Of a DNA stretch of 64,000 bases, positions 38,620 through 49,733 are shown one piece after another; the stretch's first letter is position 1; each line of letters starts with the position of its first letter. The translations under genes were made by a program, and so were the position numbers. The notes below the pieces were generated by a model. That model was not told where the DNA came from, made no database searches, and saw nothing but the letters and a program-made list of their open reading frames with translations. This DNA is from an uncultured Gammaproteobacteria bacterium. Lineage in GTDB: Bacteria; Pseudomonadota; Gammaproteobacteria; Steroidobacterales; Steroidobacteraceae. The DNA lies in the NCBI GenBank assembly GCA_963777735.1, contig CAVZRQ010000008.1, positions 81,647-145,646 of the forward strand. Reading direction: 5' to 3'.

Positions 38620-39311
38620 TCGACATTCAGGGTCTGAACCAGTTCTATGGTGGCAGCCACATCCTTTGGGATGTCGGCATGACCGTGCCCGAAGGCTCCT
38701 GCACGGTGCTCATGGGCCGCAACGGCATGGGCAAGACCACGCTGCTGCGATGCCTGATGGGGCTTACTCCCATCGCCAGCGGTACCATCCGCTGCGGCGA
38801 TCAGGATCTCACCACGGCGGCGGCAACACGCCGCGCACGCATTGGCATTGGCTACGTACCGCAGGGCCGAGAGATCTTCTCGCAGCTCACCGTGGAAGAG
38901 AACCTGCGCACCGGGCTTGCGGCACGGCCCGACGGGCGCAAGGATATTCCCGAAGAAATCTACCAGATGTTCCCCGTGCTGAAGAGCATGGCCGCTCGGC
39001 GCGGCGGTGATCTTTCCGGCGGACAGCAGCAGCAGCTGGCCATTGGTCGCGCACTGGTCATCGACCCCAAGGTCCTGATCCTGGATGAGCCCACCGAAGG
39101 CATCCAGCCAAATATCGTGCGCGAGATCGGCGATGTGATCGTGCGGCTGAACAAGGAAAGGGGCCTGACCGTGCTGCTGGTGGAACAGAAGCTGCCGTTT
39201 GCGCGGCGCATTGGCACGGACCTGCGGATTCTGGACAAAGGTCGCCTGGTCGTCTCGGGTGGCATCGCCGATTTGACGGATGAGGTGGTACATGATCACC
39301 TCACCGTATGA
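38616..39311 (+). CDS. urtE: urea ABC transporter ATP-binding protein UrtE
   Basis: Walker A GRNGMGKTT, signature LSGGQQQQLAIGRAL and Walker B ILDEPTEG. ATGA overlap with urtD. Confidence 0.92.
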   Translation: MIDIQGLNQFYGGSHILWDVGMTVPEGSCTVLMGRNGMGKTTLLRCLMGLTPIASGTIRCGDQDLTTAAATRRARIGIGYVPQGREIFSQLTVEENLRTGLAARPDGRKDIPEEIYQMFPVLKSMAARRGGDLSGGQQQQLAIGRALVIDPKVLILDEPTEGIQPNIVREIGDVIVRLNKERGLTVLLVEQKLPFARRIGTDLRILDKGRLVVSGGIADLTDEVVHDHLTV

Positions 39312-40129
39312 GACCTGCGCACAGCTCCTGGCAAGCCCGACTGGAACTTGGATTTCGTGCCGCCGGCAACCGTACGGTGCTGGCGCATCGACGGCATGTC
39401 GGGCCGCTGATGGTGCAACGTCCCTTCTATCCGGAAGGGGGTATCTGTCATGTCTATCTGCTGCATCCGCCGGGTGGTGTGGTAGGGGGAGACACGCTGG
39501 AATTGCAGTTGCAGGCAGAAGCAGGCTCGCATGCACTGATCACCACGCCTGCCGCCACCAAGTTCTATCGCGCCGGACCGCATCCATTTTCGTCATTGCG
39601 CCAGCAGTTGCAGGTCAACGATGCCACGCTCGAATGGCTGCCCCAGGAAACCATCGTCTTCGACGGCGCCCGGGCGCGCAGCTGTACCCGGGTCGACCTG
39701 ACGGGCAATTCGCAGTTCATCGGCTGGGAGATCTTCTGCCTGGGAAGGCCGGTGGTGCAGGAACAGTTCCGGGTCGGCGAGTTGCATCAGGATTTTCTGC
39801 TTTATCGGGATGGCAGACCTTTGCTGCTCGACCGACTGCGGCTGGTAGGCGACTCGCCTGCCCTCTCGGCCCGCTGGGGACTTGCGGATGCGCAGGCCAT
39901 GGGCACAATGTTGATGTATCCCGGTGGCGATGCAGATCTCGCTGCGCTGCGCGCAGTGCAGGTCAAGGATGTGCGATTTGCGCTGACGCTGGTTGGCGGG
40001 GTGCTGCATTGCCGGGCGCTGTCGGCGCAGGCAGAGGCCATCCGGCGCCTGTTTACCGAACTGTGGCTGCAACTGCGGCACAGCCTGCTCGGGCGGGTGG
40101 CGCTCGCGCCGCGCATCTGGGCAACCTGA
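39308..40129 (+). CDS. ureD: urease accessory protein UreD
   Basis: UreD-like sequence ([21 protein letters not shown]). ATGA overlap with urtE. Precedes ureABC. Confidence 0.88.
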   Translation: MRPAHSSWQARLELGFRAAGNRTVLAHRRHVGPLMVQRPFYPEGGICHVYLLHPPGGVVGGDTLELQLQAEAGSHALITTPAATKFYRAGPHPFSSLRQQLQVNDATLEWLPQETIVFDGARARSCTRVDLTGNSQFIGWEIFCLGRPVVQEQFRVGELHQDFLLYRDGRPLLLDRLRLVGDSPALSARWGLADAQAMGTMLMYPGGDADLAALRAVQVKDVRFALTLVGGVLHCRALSAQAEAIRRLFTELWLQLRHSLLGRVALAPRIWAT

Positions 40130-40142
40130 AGTAGAGCCGGAC

Positions 40143-40445
40143 ATGGAACTGACCCCACGCGAAAAAGACAAACTGCTGCTCTTCACCGCTGCCCTGCTGG
40201 CTGAGCGGCGCAAGGCCAGGGGCGTGAAGCTGAACTATCCGGAAGCCGTTGCCTTCATCAGCGCCGCCATCCTCGAAGGTGCGCGTGATGGTCGCAGTGT
40301 CGCGGAGCTGATGGCTTTCGGCACCACGCTGCTCTCGCGTTCGGATGTCATGGAAGGCGTGCCTGAAATGATCCCGGATGTGCAGGTTGAAGCCACTTTC
40401 CCGGATGGCACCAAGCTCGTGACCGTCCATTCCCCCATCAACTGA
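40143..40445 (+). CDS. ureA: urease subunit gamma
   Basis: [35 protein letters not shown] is the hallmark UreA N-terminus. Confidence 0.96.
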   Translation: MELTPREKDKLLLFTAALLAERRKARGVKLNYPEAVAFISAAILEGARDGRSVAELMAFGTTLLSRSDVMEGVPEMIPDVQVEATFPDGTKLVTVHSPIN

Positions 40446-40464
40446 AGCCAGGCGCACAGCATCC

Positions 40465-40770
40465 ATGATTCCCGGAGAAATCTTCCCGGCTGCAGGCAGC
40501 ATCGAAATCAACGCGGGGCGCGTGCGCGTGACAGTGGCTGTCGCGAACACGGGTGACCGCCCGATACAGGTCGGGTCGCACTATCATTTCTTCGAGACCA
40601 ACGATGCCCTGCGCTTCGATCGTGCCGCCGCACGCGGGTTTCGTCTCAACATCCCGGCTGGCACCGCCGTGCGGTTCGAACCCGGGCAGAGCCGTGAAGT
40701 GGAGCTGGTGAAGCTCGCAGGCAGCGGCGACGTGTACGGTTTTCAGGGCAAAGTGATGGGGCGCCTATGA
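40465..40770 (+). CDS. ureB: urease subunit beta
   Basis: MIPGEI...[19 protein letters not shown] is the hallmark UreB sequence. Confidence 0.96.
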   Translation: MIPGEIFPAAGSIEINAGRVRVTVAVANTGDRPIQVGSHYHFFETNDALRFDRAAARGFRLNIPAGTAVRFEPGQSREVELVKLAGSGDVYGFQGKVMGRL

Positions 40771-42470
40771 CGCGCATGGACCGCCGCGCCTATGCCGAGA
40801 TGTTCGGTCCCACCACCGGCGATCGCGTGCGCCTGGGCGACACGGGCCTCGTGATCGAGGTCGAGCGCGACCACACCATCTACGGAGAAGAGGTCAAGTT
40901 CGGCGGCGGCAAGGTGATCCGCGATGGCATGGGACAGAGCCAGCGCGATGGCGCCGAGGTCGTGGATACCGTCATCACCAACGCGCTGATCGTCGACCAC
41001 TGGGGCATCGTCAAGGCCGATATTGGCATCAAGCATGGCCGCATCGCTGGCATCGGCAAGGCGGGTAACCCCGACATTCAGCCGGGTGTCGACATCGTGA
41101 TCGGTCCCGGCAGCGAAGTGATTGCCGGCGAAGGCATGATCGTCACGGCAGGTGGCATCGATTCGCACATCCACTTCATCTGCCCGCAGCAGGTGGAAGA
41201 GGCGCTGATGTCCGGCGTCACGACGATGATCGGTGGTGGAACCGGTCCGGCTACCGGCACCAATGCCACGACCTGCACGCCCGGCACCTGGCACATGGGC
41301 CGCATGTTGCAGGCGCTCGACTCACTGCCGATGAATTTTGGCTTGCTGGGCAAAGGCAATGCGAGCCTCCCGGAAGCGCTGCACAGCCAGATCCGGGCCG
41401 GTGCCATGGGTCTCAAGTTGCACGAGGACTGGGGCACCACACCGGCCGCGATTGATTGCTGCCTGTCGGTGGCGGAAGAACATGACGTGCAGGTTGCGAT
41501 CCATACCGACACCCTGAACGAGTCGGGTTTTCTCGAAGATACGCTCGCGGCATTCAAGGGCCGGGCCATCCACACCTATCACACGGAGGGCGCTGGCGGC
41601 GGCCATGCCCCGGACATCATTCGTGCCTGCGGCGAAGCGAATGTCCTGCCCTCCTCCACCAATCCAACACGCCCCTACACCGTCAACACGGTCGATGAGC
41701 ACCTGGACATGCTGATGGTCTGCCACCATCTCGATCCGGGTATCGCCGAAGATGTGGCCTTTGCCGAATCGCGCATCCGTCGCGAGACCATTGCCGCAGA
41801 AGACATCCTGCATGATCTCGGCGCATTCTCGATGATCTCCTCGGATTCGCAGGCCATGGGGCGCGTGGGCGAAGTCATCACCCGCACCTGGCAGACTGCG
41901 CACAAGATGAAGGAACAGCGTGGGCCGCTGCATCCCGACGGTGGCGGCAACGACAACTTCCGCGTGCGCCGCTACATCGCGAAATACACCATCAATCCCG
42001 CGTTGACCCATGGCATCGGCCATGAAGTGGGCTCGCTGGAAGTCGGCAAGCTCGCCGATATCGTGCTGTGGCGCCCTGCGTTCTTCGGTGCCAAGGCTTC
42101 CCTCATCATCAAGGGCGGCATGATTGCAGCGGCGCCGATGGGCGATCCGAATGCCTCCATTCCCACGCCCCAACCGGTGCACTTCCGGCACATGTTCGGT
42201 GCATTGGGTCAGGCCGCCTGCAGCACCGCGCTGACTTTCGTCTCGCAGGCTGCCATCGAGGCTGGTGTGGGCAGGCAACTGGGGTTGCGTAAACAGCTCT
42301 CCGCCGTTCGCGGCACCCGCAGCATCCGCAAGCGCGACCTGATCCTCAACGACTATCAGCCACACATCGAAGTCGACTCCCAGACTTACGAAGTGCGCGC
42401 GGATGGCCAGCTTCTGACCTGCGAGCCAGCGACAGTATTGCCGCTTGCGCAGCGTTATTTCCTGTTCTGA
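40767..42470 (+). CDS. ureC: urease subunit alpha
   Basis: 567 aa. Contains [24 protein letters not shown] (carbamylated Lys region), [15 protein letters not shown] and MVCHHL. Confidence 0.98.
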   Translation: MTRMDRRAYAEMFGPTTGDRVRLGDTGLVIEVERDHTIYGEEVKFGGGKVIRDGMGQSQRDGAEVVDTVITNALIVDHWGIVKADIGIKHGRIAGIGKAGNPDIQPGVDIVIGPGSEVIAGEGMIVTAGGIDSHIHFICPQQVEEALMSGVTTMIGGGTGPATGTNATTCTPGTWHMGRMLQALDSLPMNFGLLGKGNASLPEALHSQIRAGAMGLKLHEDWGTTPAAIDCCLSVAEEHDVQVAIHTDTLNESGFLEDTLAAFKGRAIHTYHTEGAGGGHAPDIIRACGEANVLPSSTNPTRPYTVNTVDEHLDMLMVCHHLDPGIAEDVAFAESRIRRETIAAEDILHDLGAFSMISSDSQAMGRVGEVITRTWQTAHKMKEQRGPLHPDGGGNDNFRVRRYIAKYTINPALTHGIGHEVGSLEVGKLADIVLWRPAFFGAKASLIIKGGMIAAAPMGDPNASIPTPQPVHFRHMFGALGQAACSTALTFVSQAAIEAGVGRQLGLRKQLSAVRGTRSIRKRDLILNDYQPHIEVDSQTYEVRADGQLLTCEPATVLPLAQRYFLF

Positions 42471-42483
42471 TTTCGAGGCGACC

Positions 42484-42963
42484 ATGGCTCAACTCACCAT
42501 TTCCACCCGTGCCTATGGCGAAGGGCGTGCCGCAGCGCGCCTGGTGCTGCCTTTCGAACTGCGGCAGCGCAGCCGCCTGCTTGCCGTCATGGACAGCGGC
42601 GAAGAAGTCGGCCTGTTGATGCCGCGCGGCACGGTGCTGCGGGGCGGCGACCGCCTGCAGAGCAGCGACGGTCGACTGGTGGAAGTGGTTGCGGCCCCCG
42701 AGCAGCTCTCCATCGTGCGCAGCAGTGACACCCGGCAACTGGCACGTGCGGCCTATCATCTCGGCAATCGGCATGTGGCCGTGCAGATCACGGCAGATTC
42801 GATCCGTTATCTGAAAGACCATGTTCTGGACGACATGCTGACCGGTCAGGGGCTGAAGGTCACCAGCGATATGCTGCCGTTCGAACCGGAGGCAGGCGCC
42901 TATTCGAGTTCGCATTCCCATGCAGAAGCCCACGCTCACGGCCATGCCCACGACCACGACTGA
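42484..42963 (+). CDS. ureE: urease accessory (nickel chaperone) protein UreE
   Basis: UreE core (AYHLGNRHV) with a His-rich tail SSSHSHAEAHAHGHAHDHD. Confidence 0.88.
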   Translation: MAQLTISTRAYGEGRAAARLVLPFELRQRSRLLAVMDSGEEVGLLMPRGTVLRGGDRLQSSDGRLVEVVAAPEQLSIVRSSDTRQLARAAYHLGNRHVAVQITADSIRYLKDHVLDDMLTGQGLKVTSDMLPFEPEAGAYSSSHSHAEAHAHGHAHDHD

Positions 42964-43630
42964 CCAACTTGCTCTGCTGCGTCTGTTGCAGCTGGCGAGC
43001 CCGGCGTTGCCCATTGGCGCGTTCAACTTCTCGCAGGGGCTGGAGTTCGCCATAGAACACGGTGGCGTGGACAGCGAACAACAGGCTCGCGAGTGGATCC
43101 TGGGTCTGGCGCGCCACAGCGTGGCGACGCTCGATCTTCCCATGCTGTTGCGCATGCATGCGGCCTGGTGTGAGCAGGATGTGGAAGCAGCTCACCGGCT
43201 CAGCGCGGAATTGTTCGCCTCGCGCGAAACCATGGAACTGCGCGCCGAAGAGCTGCACATGGGGCAATCGCTGGCCAAGATCCTGATCGAATTCGGCATC
43301 GAACCCGCCCGCGATTGGCTGCGCTGCGACCACACCACCCACTGCGCCATGTTTGCGCTGGCAGCAGCACATTCGCAGGTGACAGCCGAGGATGCCGCGG
43401 TGGCATTCATGTGGGCCTGGGCAGAGAACCAGACCATTGCGGCGGTCAAACTGCTGCCGCTGGGCCAGACCGCCGGTCAGCGCATGCTGGAGGCCATCAG
43501 GCAGCAGATCCCTTCCCTGGTTGCGGATGCACGCGCACTCCCCGATGAATCGCTGGGCACGGCCACGCCACTGGCGATCATGGCCAGCGCCTGGCATGAA
43601 ACCCAATACACCCGCCTGTTCCGTTCATAG
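42944..43630 (+). CDS. ureF: urease accessory protein UreF
   Basis: LLRLLQLASPALPIGAFNFSQGLE is the typical UreF N-terminus. An alternative start is ATG 42920. Confidence 0.85.
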   Translation: MPTTTTDQLALLRLLQLASPALPIGAFNFSQGLEFAIEHGGVDSEQQAREWILGLARHSVATLDLPMLLRMHAAWCEQDVEAAHRLSAELFASRETMELRAEELHMGQSLAKILIEFGIEPARDWLRCDHTTHCAMFALAAAHSQVTAEDAAVAFMWAWAENQTIAAVKLLPLGQTAGQRMLEAIRQQIPSLVADARALPDESLGTATPLAIMASAWHETQYTRLFRS

Positions 43631-43640
43631 AGAGGTTGCC

Positions 43641-44219
43641 ATGAAGATTGCGCGCCATCACCGGTCATTGACTGTCACCACGCTGGTGCTTGCCTCCCTG
43701 TTGTCACCAGCCGCCATGGCACACCCTGGTCATGGTGTCGGACAGGACTTTGTTGCCGGCGTGCTGCATCCCCTCTCAGGTCTCGACCACGTGCTGATGA
43801 TCGTGGCGGTCAGCGCCTGGGCGGGTGCGATGTCGCGGCAGGCACGATGGCTGGTAGCCGCGTGTCTTGCATTGTTTGTAGCGGCAGGCGCCCTGCTTCC
43901 TGCACCCGCTGCCGGTCCCGCACTCGAGGTCGCAATAGCCCTCACAGTGGTCGGTTCGGGATTACTGCTGGCGATGGGCAAGCGTTGGCCGATGAGCGCC
44001 ACGGCAGCCCTCGCAGCGCTGTTTGCCGTGATCCATGGATTCGCACATGGCGCTGAAGGCCCTGCTGGCTCACTCGCCTATGTTCCCGGTCTGGCGCTGG
44101 CCACCGGTGGGTTGGCGCTGGGTGTTTCACACCTGGCGATGCGTCTGCAGTCGCAGCGCCGATGGTTGCAGCTGGCCGGCATGCTGGGTGCCGCAACGGG
44201 TGTGGTCCTGCTGACCTGA
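43641..44219 (+). CDS. hupE: HupE/UreJ family nickel transporter
   Basis: Signal peptide followed by HPGHG. Also GLDHVLMIVAV and HGFAHGAE motifs. Lies directly after ureF. Confidence 0.85.
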   Translation: MKIARHHRSLTVTTLVLASLLSPAAMAHPGHGVGQDFVAGVLHPLSGLDHVLMIVAVSAWAGAMSRQARWLVAACLALFVAAGALLPAPAAGPALEVAIALTVVGSGLLLAMGKRWPMSATAALAALFAVIHGFAHGAEGPAGSLAYVPGLALATGGLALGVSHLAMRLQSQRRWLQLAGMLGAATGVVLLT

Positions 44220-44636
44220 TCAGGCGATGAGCCACACCATGGCGTCGGTGTCTGCATCGAAACGCTGGTAACGCACAAGGCGGCGTGATTCCGCCGCCAG
44301 GCCCTGGATGAGCAGGAACTCCATCCAGCGGGTTACACCCAGCAACCGGGTGTCACGCCTATCCAGGATCGTGCCCGATTCGCCCCGCCACATCCGCACA
44401 GGATCGGCTTCGAGCGTGAGGATGCGCGCGCCATTGCGATCCAGACGTGCCCGAACGTCCGCGGGCAAAGGCAGTCGAGCGTCCTGAAGCACGATGGTGG
44501 CCGCTGCAACAACTTCCTCCAGCATGCTGTCCGGCGACTGTGCGATGGCTGTGTTCGCTGTCAGGGTTCCGGCCAGACCAGCGCCGGCCCCCATCAACAG
44601 CGCGCGCCGACTGGTACGGATCCCGGACGGCATCAC
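44220..44636 (-). CDS. small Tat-signal protein (possible small subunit of the adjacent flavocytochrome)
   Basis: Twin-arginine motif TSRRALLMGAGAGLAG. 138 aa. Overlaps the upstream cytochrome c gene by 4 nt. Confidence 0.5.
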   Translation of the reverse strand: MMPSGIRTSRRALLMGAGAGLAGTLTANTAIAQSPDSMLEEVVAAATIVLQDARLPLPADVRARLDRNGARILTLEADPVRMWRGESGTILDRRDTRLLGVTRWMEFLLIQGLAAESRRLVRYQRFDADTDAMVWLIA

Positions 44637-44980
44637 GGCCGACCCTGCGCCAGGTAGTTCGCGACCTTCGCCAGCTCGGGATCACTGATCTCCCCGCGCG
44701 ACATGCGCGGCATGTTCACTATGCCGGAGCGCACTACCGTGCGAATGAATGCGGCACTCAGGTCCTTGCGCTCTTCCAGAAACCCTTTGCTGGCATCACC
44801 GGGCCTGCGGGAGAGAATGCCCACCGCCATGCCGATGGTCTGATGGCACATGCCGCAGCGGCTGGTGAACAGGGCCTTGCCATCGGGCGCTTCGGCCGCC
44901 TGGGCACCGACTGACGAAAGTGCGCCTGCAAAGAACAGGACGATCGTGGTGAGTGTGCGCGGCATGATTCGCCTGCTCAT
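44633..44980 (-). CDS. class I c-type cytochrome (PchC-like)
   Basis: Sec signal, a single CGMCH haem-binding motif and a distal Met (NMPRM). Overlaps the flavoprotein gene by 4 nt. Confidence 0.8.
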   Translation of the reverse strand: MSRRIMPRTLTTIVLFFAGALSSVGAQAAEAPDGKALFTSRCGMCHQTIGMAVGILSRRPGDASKGFLEERKDLSAAFIRTVVRSGIVNMPRMSRGEISDPELAKVANYLAQGRP

Positions 44981-46545
44981 GACCTGAGGTTCCGGTAGCG
45001 CTTCGGCCAGATGCCGCTCTTGCCCGGCGCCAGAATGCCATTGGGATCCAGCGCATCCTTGATGGTCTCGTTGGCCCGACGCAGTGCGTTCTGGTTGAAG
45101 TCGTAGGTGCCGGCCACGAGGTCCATGTAATCGATGTGCGTGCGGTATTCGCCATACCGCTTCTCGGTGGCGTCGTTCACCAGTGCACGGAAGAAGCCGT
45201 TCACGCGCGACATCATGTCGGCATCGTCCTTGTTGAACAGCACCTGGTTGACGTTGATGATGCTGCGTTCACCCATCGCGAACGAGCCGTGGTAGTCCAT
45301 GCCGAATTCACGGTAGCGGTTGTAGGTGCGGCGGAACTGCTCCATCGCCGCCGCGCCGTTTGCAGGCAATACCGGTGAATAGCCGACGTGACCGCCCCGC
45401 CCTCCGTGCCATGCGGCATTGGCCAGCGGGAAAGTGATGGGAATGCCCGCGGCCGCAGCCTGTCCTGGCGCGGCATTCAACGGCGTCCCTGCTTCCAGCG
45501 TGAGACGGCAAAGGGTTGTGATGTCTTCTTCGCAAACTGCGCCTGGATGATGCCCGCGGCCGCCTCGTTCACCGCCTCATGGCCGTAGAGGCGCATGCTG
45601 ATCGACCACCAGCCGATGTTGAAGCGCTTGCGGATCGCCGCGATGACATCATCGGGCAATGCACCGGGCTTGTCGTACCACTCCTTGCGGGTGGTGAGCA
45701 CGGCCGCGCCGCGCAGCCAGCTGCCGATCGAAGGCGATTGCTGCAGCAGCCCGTCGCGACGCATGCCGGCGACCAGATCCACTGCCCATCCGAGGTCTTC
45801 GGCATTCTCCATTTCCAGATCGAGGCCGACCATCGAATCCGGCGCCGGCATCAGCCAGATACCGGCCTTCGTGACGACGCCAAAGTTCGACTGCACGAAC
45901 ATCTGCTCCCACGAGGGACCAAAGCCGTAGCGGTAGAGGTTCCAGGTGGGTGAGCCGCTCATCGCGCCCATGCCGGTGCGCATCATCTCCCCGCTGGGAA
46001 GCACAACTTCCATGCCGCAGAGCTTCTCGGTGTGTTGGCCGTACGTGGTGTAGCCCACGCCGCGATCCAGTGCATTGCCGATGACCGAGCCCCAGCTGTT
46101 GCCGGGCACGGAGGTCCAGTAAGGCAGCTTGTGCTGCTGGATGTAATCGTAGAGATCGTAGAACCCGACACCGGGCTCGACCAGCGCAACTGCCGTTTTC
46201 GGCGTCGAACTCGATCTTCTTCATTCGCGACAGATCGAGAACCACCGAGCCCTTGAGCAGCGGCGCGGCGCCGCCGTAACCGAAATTCTTGCCCCGGCTG
46301 ATGGGCCAGAGCGGCACTTTGTGGCGGTTTGCCACCCGCAGAATTTCCTGCACCTGTTCCGCAGTGAGCGGCGCCACGGCGGCCGATGGGGCGTGTGCTG
46401 CCTCGTCGACTGCGAAATGGTCGAGGTAGGTGTCCCGGTCCAGATCGGTGGAGAACACCCAGTCGTCGCCCACGATACGCGCGAAATCCTTCAGTGCGCG
46501 ATCCAGCTGTGCAGCCGAAAGGCCCGGAGGCAGCACCTGTTTCAT
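44977..46545 (-). pseudogene. FAD-linked oxidase of the VAO / p-cresol methylhydroxylase flavoprotein (PchF-like) family; 2 frame breaks as sequenced
   Basis: N-terminal FAD-binding region (VPLWPISRGKNFGYGGAAP) is in ORF 45649..46545. The middle (ALVEPGVGFYDLYDYI...PGNSWGSVIGNALDRGVGYT) is in the frame of ORF 45477..46109. The C-terminal part (WHGGRGGHVGYSPVLP...GILAPGKSGIWP) is in ORF 44977..45480. Junctions lie near 46190 and 45480-45510. Confidence 0.8.
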
Positions 46546-46547
46546 CT

Positions 46548-47054
46548 TCAGGTCACCTTGTAGTAACGCACCAGGTTGCCATCGGGTTTGCGTTCACCGA
46601 TGCCCACGAACACATGCTTGGTGAGCCAGTCATGCTTGCCGGTGCTGGTTTCGAAGGTCGGGCTGGCGCGCAGGTAATATTCGGAATGCGGCACCGGTGC
46701 ACCGCCTTCGAACGCCCACTTGCGCAGCCGGTCCATCACGTCGGGCTTGCGACCCCACAGGAATCCCTTGTTGTAGAGCATGATCAGCGTGCCATCGTCT
46801 TCCTGCAGCATGTAGCGCGCGTCGAAAACGGCGGTGTCATCGGGCCGGAACAGGGCGTAGTCGCCGCCGGAGTTCGGCACGGCCTTGCCCTTGAGCAGCG
46901 GCCCGAAGAATTCACCGGAATCGACGTAGACGGCACTGCGGATGCCGCCGCTGGGGAGCTGATTGATCTGCTGCACTCGCGTGAATCGCAGCCGGACCTC
47001 CATGGCGAATTCGAAGCGCGGTTGATCCATGCTCGAGAACAGTTCCGGTTCCAT
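46548..47054 (-). CDS. DUF3237 family protein
   Basis: Beta-barrel-like family pattern (GGDYALFRPDDTAVFDARYMLQEDDGTLI). Start placed at ATG 47054, preceded by GGGGGAAAG. Confidence 0.6.
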   Translation of the reverse strand: MEPELFSSMDQPRFEFAMEVRLRFTRVQQINQLPSGGIRSAVYVDSGEFFGPLLKGKAVPNSGGDYALFRPDDTAVFDARYMLQEDDGTLIMLYNKGFLWGRKPDVMDRLRKWAFEGGAPVPHSEYYLRASPTFETSTGKHDWLTKHVFVGIGERKPDGNLVRYYKVT

Positions 47055-47206
47055 CTTTCCCCCTGCTTCTTGCGCTCCAGCAGCAGCGCAAGTCGATGTT
47101 AGAATGCATGTAGATATTATTCCAAATACGCGTACGGGGTCGGTCCGATGCAATCCTCCCAGTGGCAGGCAGCCGCTACCTTACAGCCTGCCCGCAAGTC
47201 CCTTTA

Positions 47207-48438
47207 ATGGTGAGAAATTCCGGCTCCCGCGCCCCCGGTTCGGCGGCGTTCATTTTCGTATTCATCACCGTCTCTCTCGACATGATGGCCGTGGGCATCA
47301 TTGCGCCCGGTGCTGCCGAAGTTGATCATCGAGTTCCAGTTCGGCGACGTGGCCCGGGCTGCTGGCTACGTGGGCCTGTTTGCGACCATCTGGGCGGCCA
47401 TGCAGTTCGTGTTCGCGCCGATCATCGGTGCCGCCTCCGACCGCTTCGGGCGACGCCCGGTGATCCTGCTGTCGAATCTGGGCCTGGGGCTGGACTACAT
47501 CCTGATGGCCATGGCACCCACACTGGCGTGGTTGTTCGTGGGCCGGGTGATCTCCGGCATCACCTCCGCCAGTTATCCCACGGCCGGCGCCTATATCGCC
47601 GACGTCACGCCGCCCGCAGAACGGGCCGGCAAGTTCGGCATGCTGGGTGCGGCCTTTGGCCTCGGCTTCATCGTGGGTCCGGCTATCGGGGGCCTGCTTG
47701 GCAGCATCGACCTGCGCCTGCCTTTCTGGGTGGCAGCGGGTTTGAGCCTGGCCAATGCCACCTATGGCTACTTCATTCTGCCGGAGTCACTGCCACCGGA
47801 GCGCCGCAAGCCGTTCAGTCTGCGATCTGCCAACATTCTGGGGGCCATTCGCCTGCTGCGCTCCCATCCGGAACTGCTGGGCATGGCTGTGGCATTGTTC
47901 GTGATGGGCCTGGCGCACGAGTCCCTGCCGAACACATTCGTGCTTTACGCCGACCAGCGGTATGGCTGGGATGAGTCGCAGGTGGGCCTCGTGCTCGCGT
48001 TGATCGGTGTGGCTTCGGTGGTGGTATCGATGCTGCTCGTCAAGCCACTGGTCCGGCAGCTGGGCGAGCGGCGTGCCGCGATTGCCGGACTACTCTGCGG
48101 CGTAATTGGATTCCTGTGCTTCGCGCTGGCCTCCACTGGCGCCTTTTTCCTGGTTGGCATTGCCTTTCTGGCGCTGCTGGGCATCGCCAACCCGGCATTT
48201 CAGTGCGCTGATGAGCCACCGCATCGATTCCATGGAACAGGGGCAGTTGCAGGGTGCGCTGGGCAGTATCCGTGCACTGACGGGCATGCTCGGACCGATG
48301 ATCTTCACCCAGGTGTTTGCGACTTTCGTCAATCACAGCAACCAGCACCTGCTGGGTGCGCCGTTCCTGCTTTCGGCCGGATTGCTGGCTACGGCGCTGC
48401 TGATTGCAGCGCGGGTGCTACCGCGCAGGCTCAGTTGA
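47207..48438 (+). pseudogene. MFS transporter (TetA/TCR-like); 2 frame breaks as sequenced
   Basis: MFS motif A (GAASDRFGRRPVILLS) and multiple TM segments. The N-terminal 35 aa lie in the frame of ORF 47162..47974, with a junction at about 47305-47310. The C-terminal part lies in the frame of ORF 48106..48438, with a junction at the TTT run 48198-48200. Confidence 0.85.
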
Positions 48439-48450
48439 TCGCTGGCCCGT

Positions 48451-49352
48451 CTACTTGCCGCTGTTCCGCATCAGATCCTGCAGGTAGGCCCTGAACGGCG
48501 CGCCCGAGCTTGCCATGTTTCAGGCCAAACTCGACCGTGGCCTGCAGGTAGCCCAGCTTGTTGCCGCAGTCGTAGCGCTTGCCGGCGAAACGATAGGCGT
48601 ACACCGGTTCATCGTGCATCAGGCGTGCAATGCCGTCGGTGAGCTGGATCTCGCCGCCGGCACCGGCGCCAATCTGCTCCAGGTGGTCGAAGATTCTGGG
48701 CGTGAGCACATAACGCCCGACTACCGCGAGGTTTGATGGCGCCTTTGAAGGTTTGGGCTTCTCGACGATTGCGTTGATTGCCGCGACTCTTTCCTTTGAG
48801 CCACCGGTATCCACGATGCCGTACTTGTCGGTTTCAGAGGGTTCGACCTCTTCCACACCAAGCACACTGCCCTGCTTTTTCGAAATACACCTCTGCCATC
48901 TGCTTGAGGCAGGGCTTTGGTGCATCGATCAGGTCGTCGGCAAGGTGCACGAAGAACGGTTCGTAGCCAACTGCCGGCTGTGCGCAGAGCACGGCATGCC
49001 CCAGTCCCAGCGGCGCGGGCTGGCGGATATAGATGCAGGTGGCTGATGCCGGCAGCACGCTGCGCAGCTGGTCTGCCAGATCGGACTTGCCCTGGGAATC
49101 GAGCAGCTTCTCCAGCTCCGCGTCGGTGTCGAAGTGATCCTCGATCGCGCGCTTGGAGGCACCGGTGACGAACACCAGCCGCGTGGCGCCGGCGGCCAGC
49201 GCCTCTTCCACGGCATACTGGATCAGCGGCTTGTCGACCACGGGCAGCATTTCCTTGGGGCTGGCCTTGGTCGCCGGCAGGAAGCGCGTGCCGCGGCCGG
49301 CGACCGGAAACACCGCAGTCCTGATCCGCTTGATATCCGTCGATCGTTTCAC
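48451..49352 (-). pseudogene. galU: UTP--glucose-1-phosphate uridylyltransferase; 2 frame breaks as sequenced
   Basis: [34 protein letters not shown]. One junction is at the T5 run 48876-48880, and the protein continues as [10 protein letters not shown]...VEKPKP. A second junction near 48496 restores a typical C-terminus (FRAYLQDLMRNSGK) ending at TAG 48451. Confidence 0.9.
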
Positions 49353-49400
49353 CGTCAGCTGCTCCCGATACTCCCTGGAACTGCCGGCGATTCTACAGGA

Positions 49401-49733
49401 CTAGCGTCGGGCGGGCGGTGGCGCAGGCGGATTCTGTGCGCCCTTCGATACCGGCTTCGCATCAGTGCGAATCAGTTCGCGGTTCTTGGCCAGGGCTGCC
49501 GGCCCGATTCCCTTGACCAGCGCAAGTTCTTCCGCCGATTTGAACGGGCCATGCTTCTGGCGGTATTCGACGATCGCCTGGGCCCGCTTCATGCCGATGC
49601 CCTTGAGTTCGCGCGACAGCGTGGCGGCATCTGCTGTGTTGATGTTGACCGGTCCAGCCCATAGCACACTGCCGGCCATCAGCATGGCCAGTGCGAGCAA
49701 AAGGGCCCAGTGGAAGTGAATGCGGGTGAACAT
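49401..49733 (-). CDS. comEA: ComEA family helix-hairpin-helix DNA-binding protein
   Basis: Signal/anchor segment followed by VNINTADAATLSRELKGIGMKRAQAIVEYRQKHGPFKSAEEL. Confidence 0.8.
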   Translation of the reverse strand: MFTRIHFHWALLLALAMLMAGSVLWAGPVNINTADAATLSRELKGIGMKRAQAIVEYRQKHGPFKSAEELALVKGIGPAALAKNRELIRTDAKPVSKGAQNPPAPPPARR

